Source: Paraspadella gotoi (Eukaryota > Animalia > Chaetognatha). Taken from it: 64,000 nucleotides of DNA. The stretch spans positions 18,206,992 through 18,270,991 of the forward strand of contig CM119267.1 in the NCBI GenBank assembly GCA_051294375.1, written 5' to 3'. The position numbers and the translations under genes were made by a program. The notes under the pieces were generated by a model, which worked only from the letters and a program-made list of their open reading frames with translations, had not been told where the DNA came from and did no database searches. This document shows positions 34,393 through 46,602 of this stretch, piece by piece; position 1 is the first letter of the stretch, and the number at the start of each line of letters is the position of its first letter.

Positions 34393-36530
34393 TCAGTAGT
34401 GCTTGGAGTGGTAGCTCTCTTCGCCGTTGTAGGGTGGAGGGGCGCTGGGGGCGATTGGTCCGTGGGGGTAAGGGGCGTGGGCGTAGGGGTCGCTGTGGTA
34501 AGAGGGGTTGACGTGATGGGATTGGGCGTAACCGTGAGGGGCGGGGTTATACGGGGGCGGGGCGTGATGGTGATGACCGCCGCCACCTCCACCGCCGCCG
34601 CCGCCATGGTGATAATGATGTCCACCGCCTCCGCCGCCTCCTCCCCCCGAATGGTAGTGTCGGGCGTCGCGACTCATGCGAGAGTGTCGCGAGACGTGGA
34701 CGGACTGCTCCAAGTGCGCGCCGTACCTGGGGAAGTGGGCGTGGAAAATTAAAAAGAGGAAAAATGATAAAGCTCTTGAAAATTGTGCTGTACAGCGCAC
34801 AATCGTTAAATCGACTAAGTAAGAAAGCAGAAAAAAAAGCCTAACAGAAAAGTCTAACATACTAAAAGGGAGAGAGATGTGCCCGAAATACGGGACAACC
34901 GCTGTTCAAGCGAAGTCTAAAGGTTTCAAGTTCGATTTTTATCGCGCCAAAACAAAAACAGAGGCGAAAGATAAAATAAAGAAGGGATAAAACCAAGAGT
35001 AAAGCAGCGAAACCTCAAACCTAAGCCCAAAAAAAAAAAAAAAAAAAAAAAATCCGACATAATCGAAAAAAAAAAGAAAGCCAGATTGAATTTTTTTTTT
35101 TTTTTTAATCCGGTTAAAAAAGCAAAAGGAATTCTTTGGAAATCCTCACATCAAGAAGGGATGGGTCGACCGACGGACTGAAAGGGGAAAACCAAATTTG
35201 TCACACATCTCTTCACAGGATTTAAAAAAAAAAGGTAAGATTTTTCTTTTCTTTTAAAATCAGGGAAAAAAAGTGAGATCTAGCGAAAGAAAACTAATCA
35301 AAAAAAAAAAAAAACGGAAGGAAGGAACAAAAAGGGAGAATTATTCGCAGTCAGCCGTCAAATGAAAACTGTCGACAACACGTCAGTAAACAACGGGAAC
35401 GAACGGAAAGAAAGGGAAAGCTATAGTAAGTAAACTTCCAGATCAAAAGAAGTAGGAAACTAAGTCAATATGTTTCTCAGATACCATTTCCTAAAAGAAA
35501 TCACTATCCTTCTTCTCCTCCAGTTGTTAGACTTGTCTCCGACTCAGTCTCTACCCCCCCCCCGCACAATGCTCACATCGGATCGTAGTCTTCTTCCTTC
35601 CGATAGAGGGACACGAGCCGGATGGAGATGAAAGTGGTAAAGAGGCCGCAGCAGAGAAACCAGCCCATGGAGAACCAAAACCCGTTGAAAGGGTAAAGGA
35701 TCTTCTTGCAGCCAACGGTGGCCACGTTGTTGAAAATGTCCCATACGGGGCCACACTTGCCTGCGGCAGGAGAATTTCATTTTTTCATTAGATAAAGGGA
35801 GAAACATTTTACTCTCCCCTCGAAGAAAGACTCGCCTATATCCGTCTGCAACGCCTTGAAAACTTGATCGACGGCGTCTTTGAAAATGACTCTGAGACTG
35901 TCGACGAACTTGTCCGCGGCGTCGTCGATGATGGCTTTGGACTTGGATTTGATCTCCTTGGTGACGCGTTGGGCTTCGTTCAACAAGTCCGTCGCCTCCT
36001 TCTTCAGCCCGACGCGAGCCTTGAGACGGCGCAGCGCCGCCGCCACCGAATCGATCTTCGACAACACCTCCGTCTCGATGTATTTCTAGAAAAGAGATGA
36101 ACGAGGGAAATTAGAAAAAATAATATTATAAAACCAAATCGATTTTTTTTAAATTAAATGAACCAACCTGCTCTTCCAGCATTCGAAGCTGTTTGGTGAG
36201 ATCGCCGAGTTCCGCCTCCAGCTTCATCTTGCCAAAGCTGCGCGCATCCTGAGCCGCTTGTTCAAGCTTGTCGGCGAAGACGCCAAGGTCCAATTCTCTG
36301 CGAGAAAAGAACGGAAATAATTCGATGGTAATTTGAACAAAAAAAATCTTAAAAGCATAAGAATCGTCGCAATCGCATAAGAAAAATCTGGATTGACGAC
36401 AAATTTTGATACTAAAAAAATCAAATTTGAGAAAAATAAAAAAAGTAATAATCCACGAAATTCATGAAAATCTCGGATGTAAATTTGGGAATAAATGGCG
36501 ATAATAAAAGTTTTTAGAGAGAAAAAAATA

Positions 36531-36622
<92 letters not shown>

Positions 36623-39600
36623 CCAAATCATTTTCAGCAGCAGACGACGACGCCACTTATGCGCAAAAGTGTTACAATATCGTCACAAACGCTAAGCGAT
36701 TGCGACGATAAAAATGTATGAAATCAAAACAAAACCCAGATATCTATAATTTTTTTAAAAAAAATATTAAGATATAATGATTCGAAAATCAGAGAGTAAA
36801 AGTCAAAACAATGGTAAAACAATTAACTGAAAGTAAGAAAACGATTGTATTGGTTTAGTGGCTCAAATAGGTTGACCCACTTAACGGTCAAGTGGTTGAT
36901 TCGTTATTGACACGATTTGGTCGTCGTTGGTCGTCGTTGGTCGTCGTTCTACAATCTTCTCACCTAAAGAGATGTTTTATTTCGCTTTTGTCGAACTTAA
37001 AGGACGCAACGCTGGCTAAATCCGCCCTACTGATGTCGTCCAACAGACGTTGAGCTTCTTTGGTCAAGAAATCGACGTCGATCTGGCTGACGGCCTGGGA
37101 GGCGGACCGTTTTATGTCCTACGAGGAAGAAAAAAGAACGAGATCGAAAACAAAGAAGAAACGACATTACTTTCAAATATATATAATAATAATATATATA
37201 AACCTTGAGCGTGTCGTTAAGATCGGGAATGATGTTGTCGAGGGTGATGGATTTCTGGAAGGAGGCGATGGACCTCTGGAACAACTTGGTGTCGTTGATG
37301 ATGCTGAGGATGGTCTTGTTCTCTTGACACTGGGCCAAGTGTCGAGAGATGTTGAGTTTGGCCAGTTGGGGAAAGTCGCGGGCCGCTCGCTCCTTGAAGG
37401 TTCGCTCGATTAGCCCGTTGCCCTGTTCCTGTGTTTTTTTTGTTTTTTTTTTTTTTTTTTAGTTTTACGTAAAAAGTTTTCGTTTGCGAATTCAAAAACC
37501 CCACTGGGGGTAAATAGTATTTTGGCTCTAAATCCCACCTTGGGATTGAGGATTGGCTCGCAGGCCTCGAGGTGGATCTGCCCGCCGACGACGAAGAGCA
37601 ACAGCGTGACGAGCATCAGTATCCACGAGAAGAGAAAGTAGCAGCACACTGACATCATGAGGCAGTTGGCCCCGGTGCCCCGATGGCACCCGCCCTCGCC
37701 CGGCCGGCGTCCGCACCCGTACATGAGACCCATGCATAGGAAGAAAGTAATCAGGGCCGCCACGCCAGAAAGGCCGAGCAGAGCATACCTTTTGACCAGG
37801 GAAATACATTATACAAATACATTACGCCCTTCTTAAATTGAAGAGAGCCTTGCTCACCAGGTGTAATCAAAGTATTTCTCCTCCTTATACTTTTCTATGT
37901 AGTTCTCCAAGTAGGCGTTGGTCTCTCGCTCGATTTCCTTTCCGTCGATGTTGCTCGTCACCTGAAGAAGATGCGAATTTTTGGATAACCAAAACGCAAA
38001 ATGATTTAACATTAAAGAAAAATAGTTCTAGTAAAAAGAAATCGCTCAAAATCAAGAAACATCACACAAAACAAACCCTTAGGTAGTTCGCTGTCACACT
38101 TGGACTAAGTCTTAGAAATAAAATATTTATGCTATTCAGTTAAAGATAATGCGAACCACAGAATTATAATTCTAATACGTACGTACGTTACAACGCCGTC
38201 TTTCATCTGGAAACTCAACCCACTCATTCAACCAACTCGACTAATGACGACCTTGTCAGTGAGGCTTTGGACGTGATCCTCGAGCGGGGCCTTGCCGTTC
38301 TTGATGGCCTTGTCGACTTGATCGCGCTGCTTCTCCACTTCCGTCCTGACGTCGTCCTTGATGGAGTCGAACTTGTCCTTCCCCTCTTGAATCTTCTTTT
38401 CGATGCCCGCACCCAGAATATTCTGAACCTGAATAGAAAAAAAGTTTAAGGAGTTGTTTTTTTGTTCATTTTCGAATTTTTTGTTACAATGCCGTTTGGG
38501 ATATGTAGTTCTATTTTCAAGGATCATGAAGCTGCCGTCTCCTTTTCCCCAACCTGCCCAATGGCGCCGCTGAGATCGGGGAATTCGTTGAGCTCCTTCT
38601 TGAGATCGAATTTGAGATACTCGTCCTCGAGTTGTCGGCACTTGGACCTGACGGGCTCCTCGGCGCAGTCTTTCCCCGCCGCGATATCCTTCAATTGGTC
38701 CAAGATGCTCTGAAGTTTCCCCTTGCTCATCGTCGTCACGTCTGTTGGGCGGAGGGTGGAAAAGAAGAGTTAGGACAAAAGCCGACGACTGGGAAAAACA
38801 AAACCGGCGAAGAATGAAAGCTTTCAACGAAAATTGATGTGGGTAGAGGGGTACTGTGGTACTGGGGCAGAGGGGTCTAGTGGTACTGGGTGAAGCCCTC
38901 TGTTTTTATTTCCCTGTCGCTCTTTTTTTTCGGACCCTCATCTTTCAAAAAAAAAAAAAAAAATCGTGCGGTGGCATCGTCGGGTTAAAACCCCATCGAT
39001 CACTTTTGTTTACACAACGCCCGAAAAGGTATTGACCGAGACGGAAGAGTAAACGAGTTAAAACGTAATTGCGGTGGGGAAAAAAAGGAAGACGAGATAA
39101 AAAGACAAATTTAAAGATCGGGCGACGAGTTACGAGACAAAGGTCGACGTTACGTTGGCCTTTTCAGTCAGAAAATCGGATAAAATTAAAAATCGGATAA
39201 ACAAACTGTTAAAAGAAAGAAAAAAAGCTGCTGAACTTTCGTCAGAAAAAAAAATATAAAAGGTCGAGATAAGAAACTCAACCGCTGGTTAAAAGTAAAA
39301 CGTGATTGGGAAGTAAATCTTTCAATTCTTTACTTCGCAGAATAGAAAAACAACAAAATAAGACTCCGTAAATAAATAAATAAATAACAGAATAAGGGAA
39401 TCCTGACGTAGCTAGCTTTTTCAATAAAGTAATTACATTCTACCCGACCTGTGTGAACGCTGACGAGGTCTTCCTTGATTTGATAAACTGTCCCTCTCTC
39501 TCCGATGATGTCCAAAGCCCGGTTCAAAACGGGCGTGAGTCCGCTAAGTTGCCCGATCTGCTCTTTGACCGACGTGCCCGCGTCGTCAATGGCGGCCAGG

Positions 39601-42581
39601 ATGCGGACACCGGCTCTGCGGGCGGAAGAGGGAATGAAGCGGGAAAAGGATTGAACGTAGGAAATATAGGAAATGCATTCCAGTCGGATTTTTGACTCAT
39701 ATCCTGACAACCTTATGACCCCCTTCTCCCCAATATTGCGACTCACTTGTCGTACTCGACGCCAGCCTCGCGCTTGATGTCTTCGGCGACGCCCGTCTTG
39801 ACGCGGTCGATAAGTCGCACTTCGCCGCGGATGTCGTCCGGCGCTTCTTTGACGCCGTCGACGAAGCGAGAGCACGTCACGAAGCAGGCCACCACGCTGA
39901 GCAGGACTGGGAAAAAAGAGGGAGAAGAAAGTTTAAAAATAAATCGTTTGAAACGAAATATTTTCTACTAATTAAACATCAGCGAAATGAAAGAGTCGAG
40001 AACTATGTTCGAAAATTGTCCTGCCTTCAAAGAAAAGAATTAACAATCTCTTGACAAAAAAAACCGAAAAGAGAGACCGAGAATCGATCTAAGAGGAATC
40101 GTCAAAAAACCCAAAAAACTAAGGGGATTATCCATCCTGAGAGGAAGTCGAAGATAACAGACGAAGGACCGAATTCAATCAGAGTTTGAGCGAATTTTTC
40201 AACTGCAAATCCTATCGCTGCCGTAAAATCCTTAAGCAGCCACTCCTCGTCTTCCGCGGTCCTTATCTTTATCTCCCCCGCACTCGCCGGGCACCGCCCC
40301 GACCGCCATCACCGACCGACACCAACCGCCGCCGCCTACGCCGCCTGGGAGCACCGAGGCAACAACGCTGCTCCGAGGATTTTCTTCTTCCTTGGATAAA
40401 TCAATCTCACCTTTTCTCGGGAATGGAAAAGAAACTTTTTTTCTGAATTAAACATTCTATCCGGATTTTAATCAAAAGAAGCGAAAGTTTAAAAGCATGG
40501 TTTTTCTATTTTGACTTTTTGTGTAATACAATTGTTTTGAATGGTATGCATGGATTTAAGTGAATAAAAAAAACCTAATTGTTTTTAAACAAGGGGGAGA
40601 AAAAAGGAGGCTAAAGCAGAATGTGAAAAATTTCTCACGGTCGTTTTTTTATATCTCGAATAAACCAGAAAAAGAGCAGGAGAGTCATAATTCGAAGGAG
40701 TCTGGTTAGTTTACAATGACATCAACTACGAAGCTTAACTTTTCACTAATGTTACTTTACTTATAACTATTTCTCAAGTTCATACGATTCTCTAAGTAGA
40801 ATACGGAACGTCAGCGATAAAACCCCCGAAAATCTGAAGGCAACCAGTTCTGACTTGTTTGACACTGAAGAATCGTAACGCCCGAAAGTGAATGTAATTG
40901 GTTTTGAAATATGATTCGGACGGACCCGGAAAAAGAGGAACCCAACACCGACGCCGAAATTTCAAATAAGGGATTAAAAAAAACATTTAGACTCTAAATA
41001 ATTAAAAGCTGATACTTTTAATTCGAGATTTGTTTATCTTTCGACGACGATCGATTTTCTCACTGGTCAGTTGTTAAAACAAGAGGATCTAAAAACGCGG
41101 TCGCAGACAACGAGCGACCCCGACCTGTTGAATTATACTTAATTAAGAGCTCCTAATGATAAGATCGTGAGAAAGAATGTCGTGGTTTAGTGATTATGAA
41201 AGGATGATTCGGTGAAAGCGATATCACGGAGGAAGCGCTACCCACTTCCCGACTTACCCAAAACGGTGAAAAAGAAGAGAAAAACTGAACAGCAGGCTCT
41301 TTTGCAGTTGTCGTTTTTGTCGTCCATGGGATCAGATTTTGCACCGCAACGTCCACAGCTGCGGCAGCAGCAGAAGCAAAATCCAATTATGGGCATCAAC
41401 ACGATGAATGCGATTCCTGCAATTCGGAGAGATGGAAAGAAGTTAACTGTAGTTTTTCGCATTTCTTTGCAGTTACATACGCTTTAGGTATTAGGTATTG
41501 ATATCGACATATTTCCTAAATCGACTTTCCTTAAACTGCCCGTCATAGACTCCACTTGCTCGGTCGAACAGCAGGATTTTAGAATTGTTTACACAAGCGG
41601 GCCCGGACTTGCTTAATGTCTTGAATATGATAAATTGCGCAATCCTTCAGTCGAAAAGATCACGAATCGTGCTCGAGACTTGAACGAAAACCTTTCCCTA
41701 AATTTCATTCGTAAACTCGACGAGATGCTGTCAGATGCCCCCTAACAATGCAAGGGCATTCACGAAAAACAACGCCTGGTTAACTGACGGCCGAAATTTC
41801 GCAACAATCGCTCAAATGTCACTAATTTTTTTTCCCCAAGTAATTAACTATACGTCGTTTTTCATCTCGTCAGTTGTCTAAAAAGTGATCTATTTTCATT
41901 AACAAAAGATACCAATTACTAATTACTGCTTATTAGTACCTACTACCTATTATTGGATCGGATTCTGACTAAGCTTAAAAACAAGGAAAATACAATATAA
42001 TACAATACTGTAATATTATAATACATTAAACAAGGCACCCACCAGATTCTCCTCACCCAGCACCGACGAATGAGGCTCTCACCTACGCAGACGCAGACGA
42101 GGAATCCGATTTTGTAGAGGGCGAGCTCCTGCCAGTGGAGGCGCATGTAGTCGGTGAAGAAGTCCTGCGGGCTCATGGTGACGGCGGACTCGATGAGGGC
42201 GGAGAGGTTGAACCCAGAGTCCAAGTCGTCCGTCACGGTGAGGACGTAGAGGAAAGAGTTGGTCAAGTCGTAGACGATCTTGAAGCCCTGATCGTCGAAC
42301 ACGATGCGCGGCGGCGACGTTGCGTTCGACGCCATCGAGTCGGGGTTGGCGCCGTTGACGCCAGAGCCGCCGCCGCCGCCCCGATTGGCGGAGGAATAAT
42401 CGTTCTTGTAGGCGAAGGCCGAGTCAGAGACGATGATCGAGACGACGAAGATGAGGAATGACGACGTCGGGAATCTCGAGAGGGTGCGTCGTCGTAGCGA
42501 CATGGTCGACGACGCCGAAGGGACGACGCGTGGCGCGGGGCCGGGGGAGGAGGCGGGCGTCGGATCGAGCGGGCGGGTCAT
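34393..42581 (-). CDS. PROM: Prominin-like pentaspan membrane glycoprotein (start could be the ATG at 42503)
   Basis: Signal peptide, LMPIIGFCFCCCRSCGRCG, GANCLMMSV..FSWILML, ACEP, KCGPVW..CKKILYPFNGFWFSMGW. The terminal exon (34725-34393) is His/Gly/Pro-rich. Confidence 0.9.
36534..36620. repeat. (AG)n microsatellite; similar tracts at ~4650-4690, 10160-10218 and 21873-21926
   Basis: Dinucleotide run visible directly. Confidence 0.95.
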
Positions 42582-44056
42582 GGCGAGAGATTGGTTGAGG
42601 GGAAGGGGGATAGAGAGCGTTAAGAGTAAAGAATGAAAAGAAGCTTCATCTATTCCAAGAATAATGGACTGCAGATTAAAGAGAGCGTACGGTCGACAGA
42701 TGTCGTTCTTTGTGGCTTTGATTAGTCGAACGCGTTGATGTTTAATGTCGGTTTTAGTAATTTTTTAGTAGGTATTTTGGCAATTTCTTTTTTTTCCCTT
42801 TCTTTGTTTATCCACCGCCGGTTGACATAGTCGTGACGTTGAATTTCGAGTGCAAAAAGGCAGCGACGACGAGGGCGACGAGTCACTCATCCGGGGAGAG
42901 AGAGATAAAGACAGAGATAGAAGAAGGAAGTAAACGCGAGGTTTCTCGGTGAGATTGGAACCGGGAGTGCCGCGACTCGTGAGACCCAAACCCCTCGTCG
43001 GCGATGCCAGTCATCCAGAGTTTTCTCCTTCCCTCGTCAGGGAAATCTCAAACGGCGTCCCCGTCGCTTCCTGTCATTTCTCGCACCTCGACGCCAATGG
43101 AGTCATTCTGCCAGGGAATTAGACGTCTTAGGTCGAGGGGGAGGTAGATTGGGTGATTGCGAATGGTTAGGAGAGGCAACGCAAATTGATTGCAACAAAA
43201 TGTAACAGCATTGTAATTAATTGATATAAGCATCCAAAACGTGCGTGAAAAAAATAGCAAAAATCAACGAAATCAAGTATCGTAAGCAATCGGATAAAAA
43301 AAATTAAGTTAGAAAAATCATCAGGTTCGTCGAAAAACTTGGTTTTTCCGATTCGACAGTCAGAAAAAACCGAGGAAAGTCGGGAGAAAATCACCAAGAC
43401 AAGTCAGATCGAACGGAGAGATAGAGAGAGAGAGAGATTTTCTTTTTCTTTCTCTGTCGAATTTCTCCACACACCCACAATTGGGACTCGAGCGCCGCTA
43501 GCGACGTCTGACGAAGGGATTCCCGGTTAGAGGCGGAAGAGGATGGAGGAAGAGCGAGAGCTGCTTCGGCCGCGTCGGCGGCGGAGGCGATGCAGCGACA
43601 AAGAAGAGAACAAAAAATGAACGAATTCGCGAAAGCTGATGTTGTTGTTGTTGTGGTGAGAGTAGAAAAATATAAGAGTAGAAAATATATCGAGTAACGA
43701 AAACCAAAAGAATCTTGGCGATACAAAATTTGTCGCTTAGAAGTCAGACGAAAGATGATTGATTGAGAAAACAAGCCAATAGCATCGTTTATGACTAATG
43801 ACTATGTAGGAGGAAGTGGAAGCTTGAAGTAAAGTCTCCTATCCATAATACATTTTTTTAAATTTCGTTTATACTTATATGGAATTTAAATAATACCTTA
43901 CAGTGATCTCTTCGACTCTTAGCCGATGAAATTTAAATGCTAATGTATACAACGTTAAACTCGTCTATCATGAGCATATATTATGGTATTAAAATATATT
44001 TTTTTTAAAAATGCTTTGTTCTGAGTGTACTAGCCGAATTAAAATTATTATAATAC

Positions 44057-44404
44057 GGCTAAATTTTACTTTCGCCGACCGGGGTTTTAGCGTCTTTTGA
44101 AAATATTTAAAAATATTTATTTTTTAAATAAAAATTAATAAAAATTATTACCTAATTCCCTAAACCTAAACCATTTAAACCCTAATCAACCCTAACCCTT
44201 AACCCCGGTCGGCGAAAATAAACTTAACCCATGTTTGGCGGTTAAGGCGGTTTTTAAAAAACCATTTGAAAATATTTATTTAAAAAAAAAATTAATACAA
44301 ATTATTACCTAATTAAACTAACCTTAACCCCTCTTAACCCTAACCACCCCTAAATCACCCTTAACCCTAACCCCTCCCTAACTCGGTGAAAGTTAAAGTA
44401 ACCT
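44057..44404. mobile_element. One full and one partial tandem copy of the CCCTAA-containing MITE family seen at 3722-3933
   Basis: TTTTACTTTCGCCGACC at 44064 and GGTCGGCGAAAATAAA near 44207-44222. A second body with CCCTAA-like repeats and a degenerate right TIR runs to ~44404. No TSD seen. Confidence 0.8.
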
Positions 44405-46602
44405 AATTGTTTTGTAAATAAAATATACAAATGCGTGTAGCAATGTGAAACGTGTGAATCTAAAAGATCTTGCTGATTAGAAGCTATATCTAAATTTTTA
44501 ACTTCCTATGGTTACACAGTGTAATACACACTTTTACAATTTCCAATGGTAAAAAAGCGTGTGACGACGACGACAACAACGACGACGGTCACAAAGAAGC
44601 AAAAGCGATCCTACATCTCGCCCCAGTCGGGCTTTAGCCAGTCTGGCGAGATAAAAATGTATAAATTTTCGTTTGTACTCTCTAAATTTTTTACTCAGCT
44701 TATTGAGTGGGGCTACTCATACTTGTAGTTAGATGTACAAAAATCCTTAAAATAAATTAAAAATCAATATCAATAAATTAGAAATCAATATAAACAAAAA
44801 AGCTTCAAAGTTTTATAAGCTATTGTAACTACTAACTTCGTAATAATAAATCTCGTGACCTCGACTAAGGTTATGCAACAATCCACCAAGTTTTATCTTT
44901 ATTTCACGACAGTGTGTCCATCACAACTTCCTAACAAACTCCGTAACAGGCCATTGCATATTTTCCTAACATACATTTGTATTTGCTAACAAGTTAACAA
45001 GTTAACCGGGCGGCAAAAACAGCATTACAATAAGACCCAACAGCTTCATAGCCAAACCTATTTAACACTCCCTCAAATATACACTGCGAATGTTATGGAA
45101 TTCTCTTTGGATTTTATTTCATTCTTATTTGAATCACAGGGAACAGTTTTGAATGTAGAGGAAAATAAGAAAAAACATAGTTTTTTTTCATCACGAGGAG
45201 AGCAAAGTAGGATTGAGGATTGCGGAAAATGTTTAAAAAAATACAACGCGAGAAATACAACTGATAACAGAAACAATCTGTATATCGGGTTTGTAAGATT
45301 CGCTTAAAATTCTACACTAATAAATTTCAAGCAAGAGCGACGGCATTAAACAACTAAAGTCTAAACACAAACTAGGATAATAAATAAATAAAAAAAAAAA
45401 ACTAAACGCGCTCAAGTCGAAAGAGTATTAAAAAGTCAAGCGCAATGCCAGTGGGTTTAGTTTAGTTTTTTCTGGTGTTTTTTTGTTTGTTTTTTTTTGG
45501 TAAGGGGGTATTCAAGATTTTCAAAATTATCTTAGCTCAGAGAACAAAAATCAAGTTGCTTCGGCGAGAAAAAAAAACAGAGCAAAAGAGCAAAATTGAG
45601 TAAATGACCCTTACGACTGCCGTCGCTAGAAATCGTTAAAAATGGTAATAAATTAATAATGATGACGGTAAAAATAAAATCCAAAAATAGCTCAAGGAAA
45701 GCTTGATACAAATAGTTTAATCTAAGCTATTTTTTTTATTGTAACCTTAGTTTTACGGAAGGGAAGATGCGAAAATTAATAAAGCGTTGCTCAATTTTGT
45801 TTCCAAACGGGCTGATTATTTTCACTAATCACTTTTGCTCTGTATACTTGTATCAAGTTTATAGCAATGAAATTAGTACAACCAATATAAAAATTGTCCA
45901 TTCATTTAATAAATAAGCTATCTTGTCCCTGACTTTGGACAGGCTTTGGTGGCTTTGGTGTTTTGAAAAAATGTGTTCTCACTTACATTTTAATTGAAAG
46001 ACGGTTTCAAGCGGCGAGAGTATTACATAAGGGTCACCGAATACTGGAAAAAGTCAACGATGAGTTAAGACTAAGTTATCCATAAATCGGCAGCAGAAAA
46101 ATACGACGGTACTTTTTCTATACCGTCCACCGTGAAATTGAAAACACTGTTTAAATGATTCCTCGTCCTCCTTCGTAATCTTCGTACGTACTACTCGAAA
46201 GCAAACGTTAAATAAATATTCAATTATACAATTATTTAAATATTCAATTATTATTCATGTACCTTTTCATTATTTTCCCTTTCGTTCGCACATAGTTCGC
46301 GTAATTCATTATTAAAGTTATATATTTGGTCAATCGAAACTATTGGCCACCGCATCCGAGCAAAAGCAAGGATTAACCAATAACCAGCAAATTTCAGCCG
46401 ATATATTATAAAAAACAGTCATTATGTAGACTCATAGAAAACTAATTTAGGACTCGCCGCATTCGATGGCACACGGATCGATTTGGCGAGAAAGTCACGA
46501 TATATATATATAGATTTGATTTTCGTCATATATCCGAGCGAGGTTCCGGCCACAAGCTTATCCTTTTTCCCCGGAACCTCTCAGCCCGTCATCTCTTTTC
46601 CA

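Noticed and set aside
40240-40400. GC-rich patch in a prominin intron as an exon or nested gene
   Set aside because: No convincing paired splice sites or recognisable protein, and the flanking prominin exons appear to join without it.
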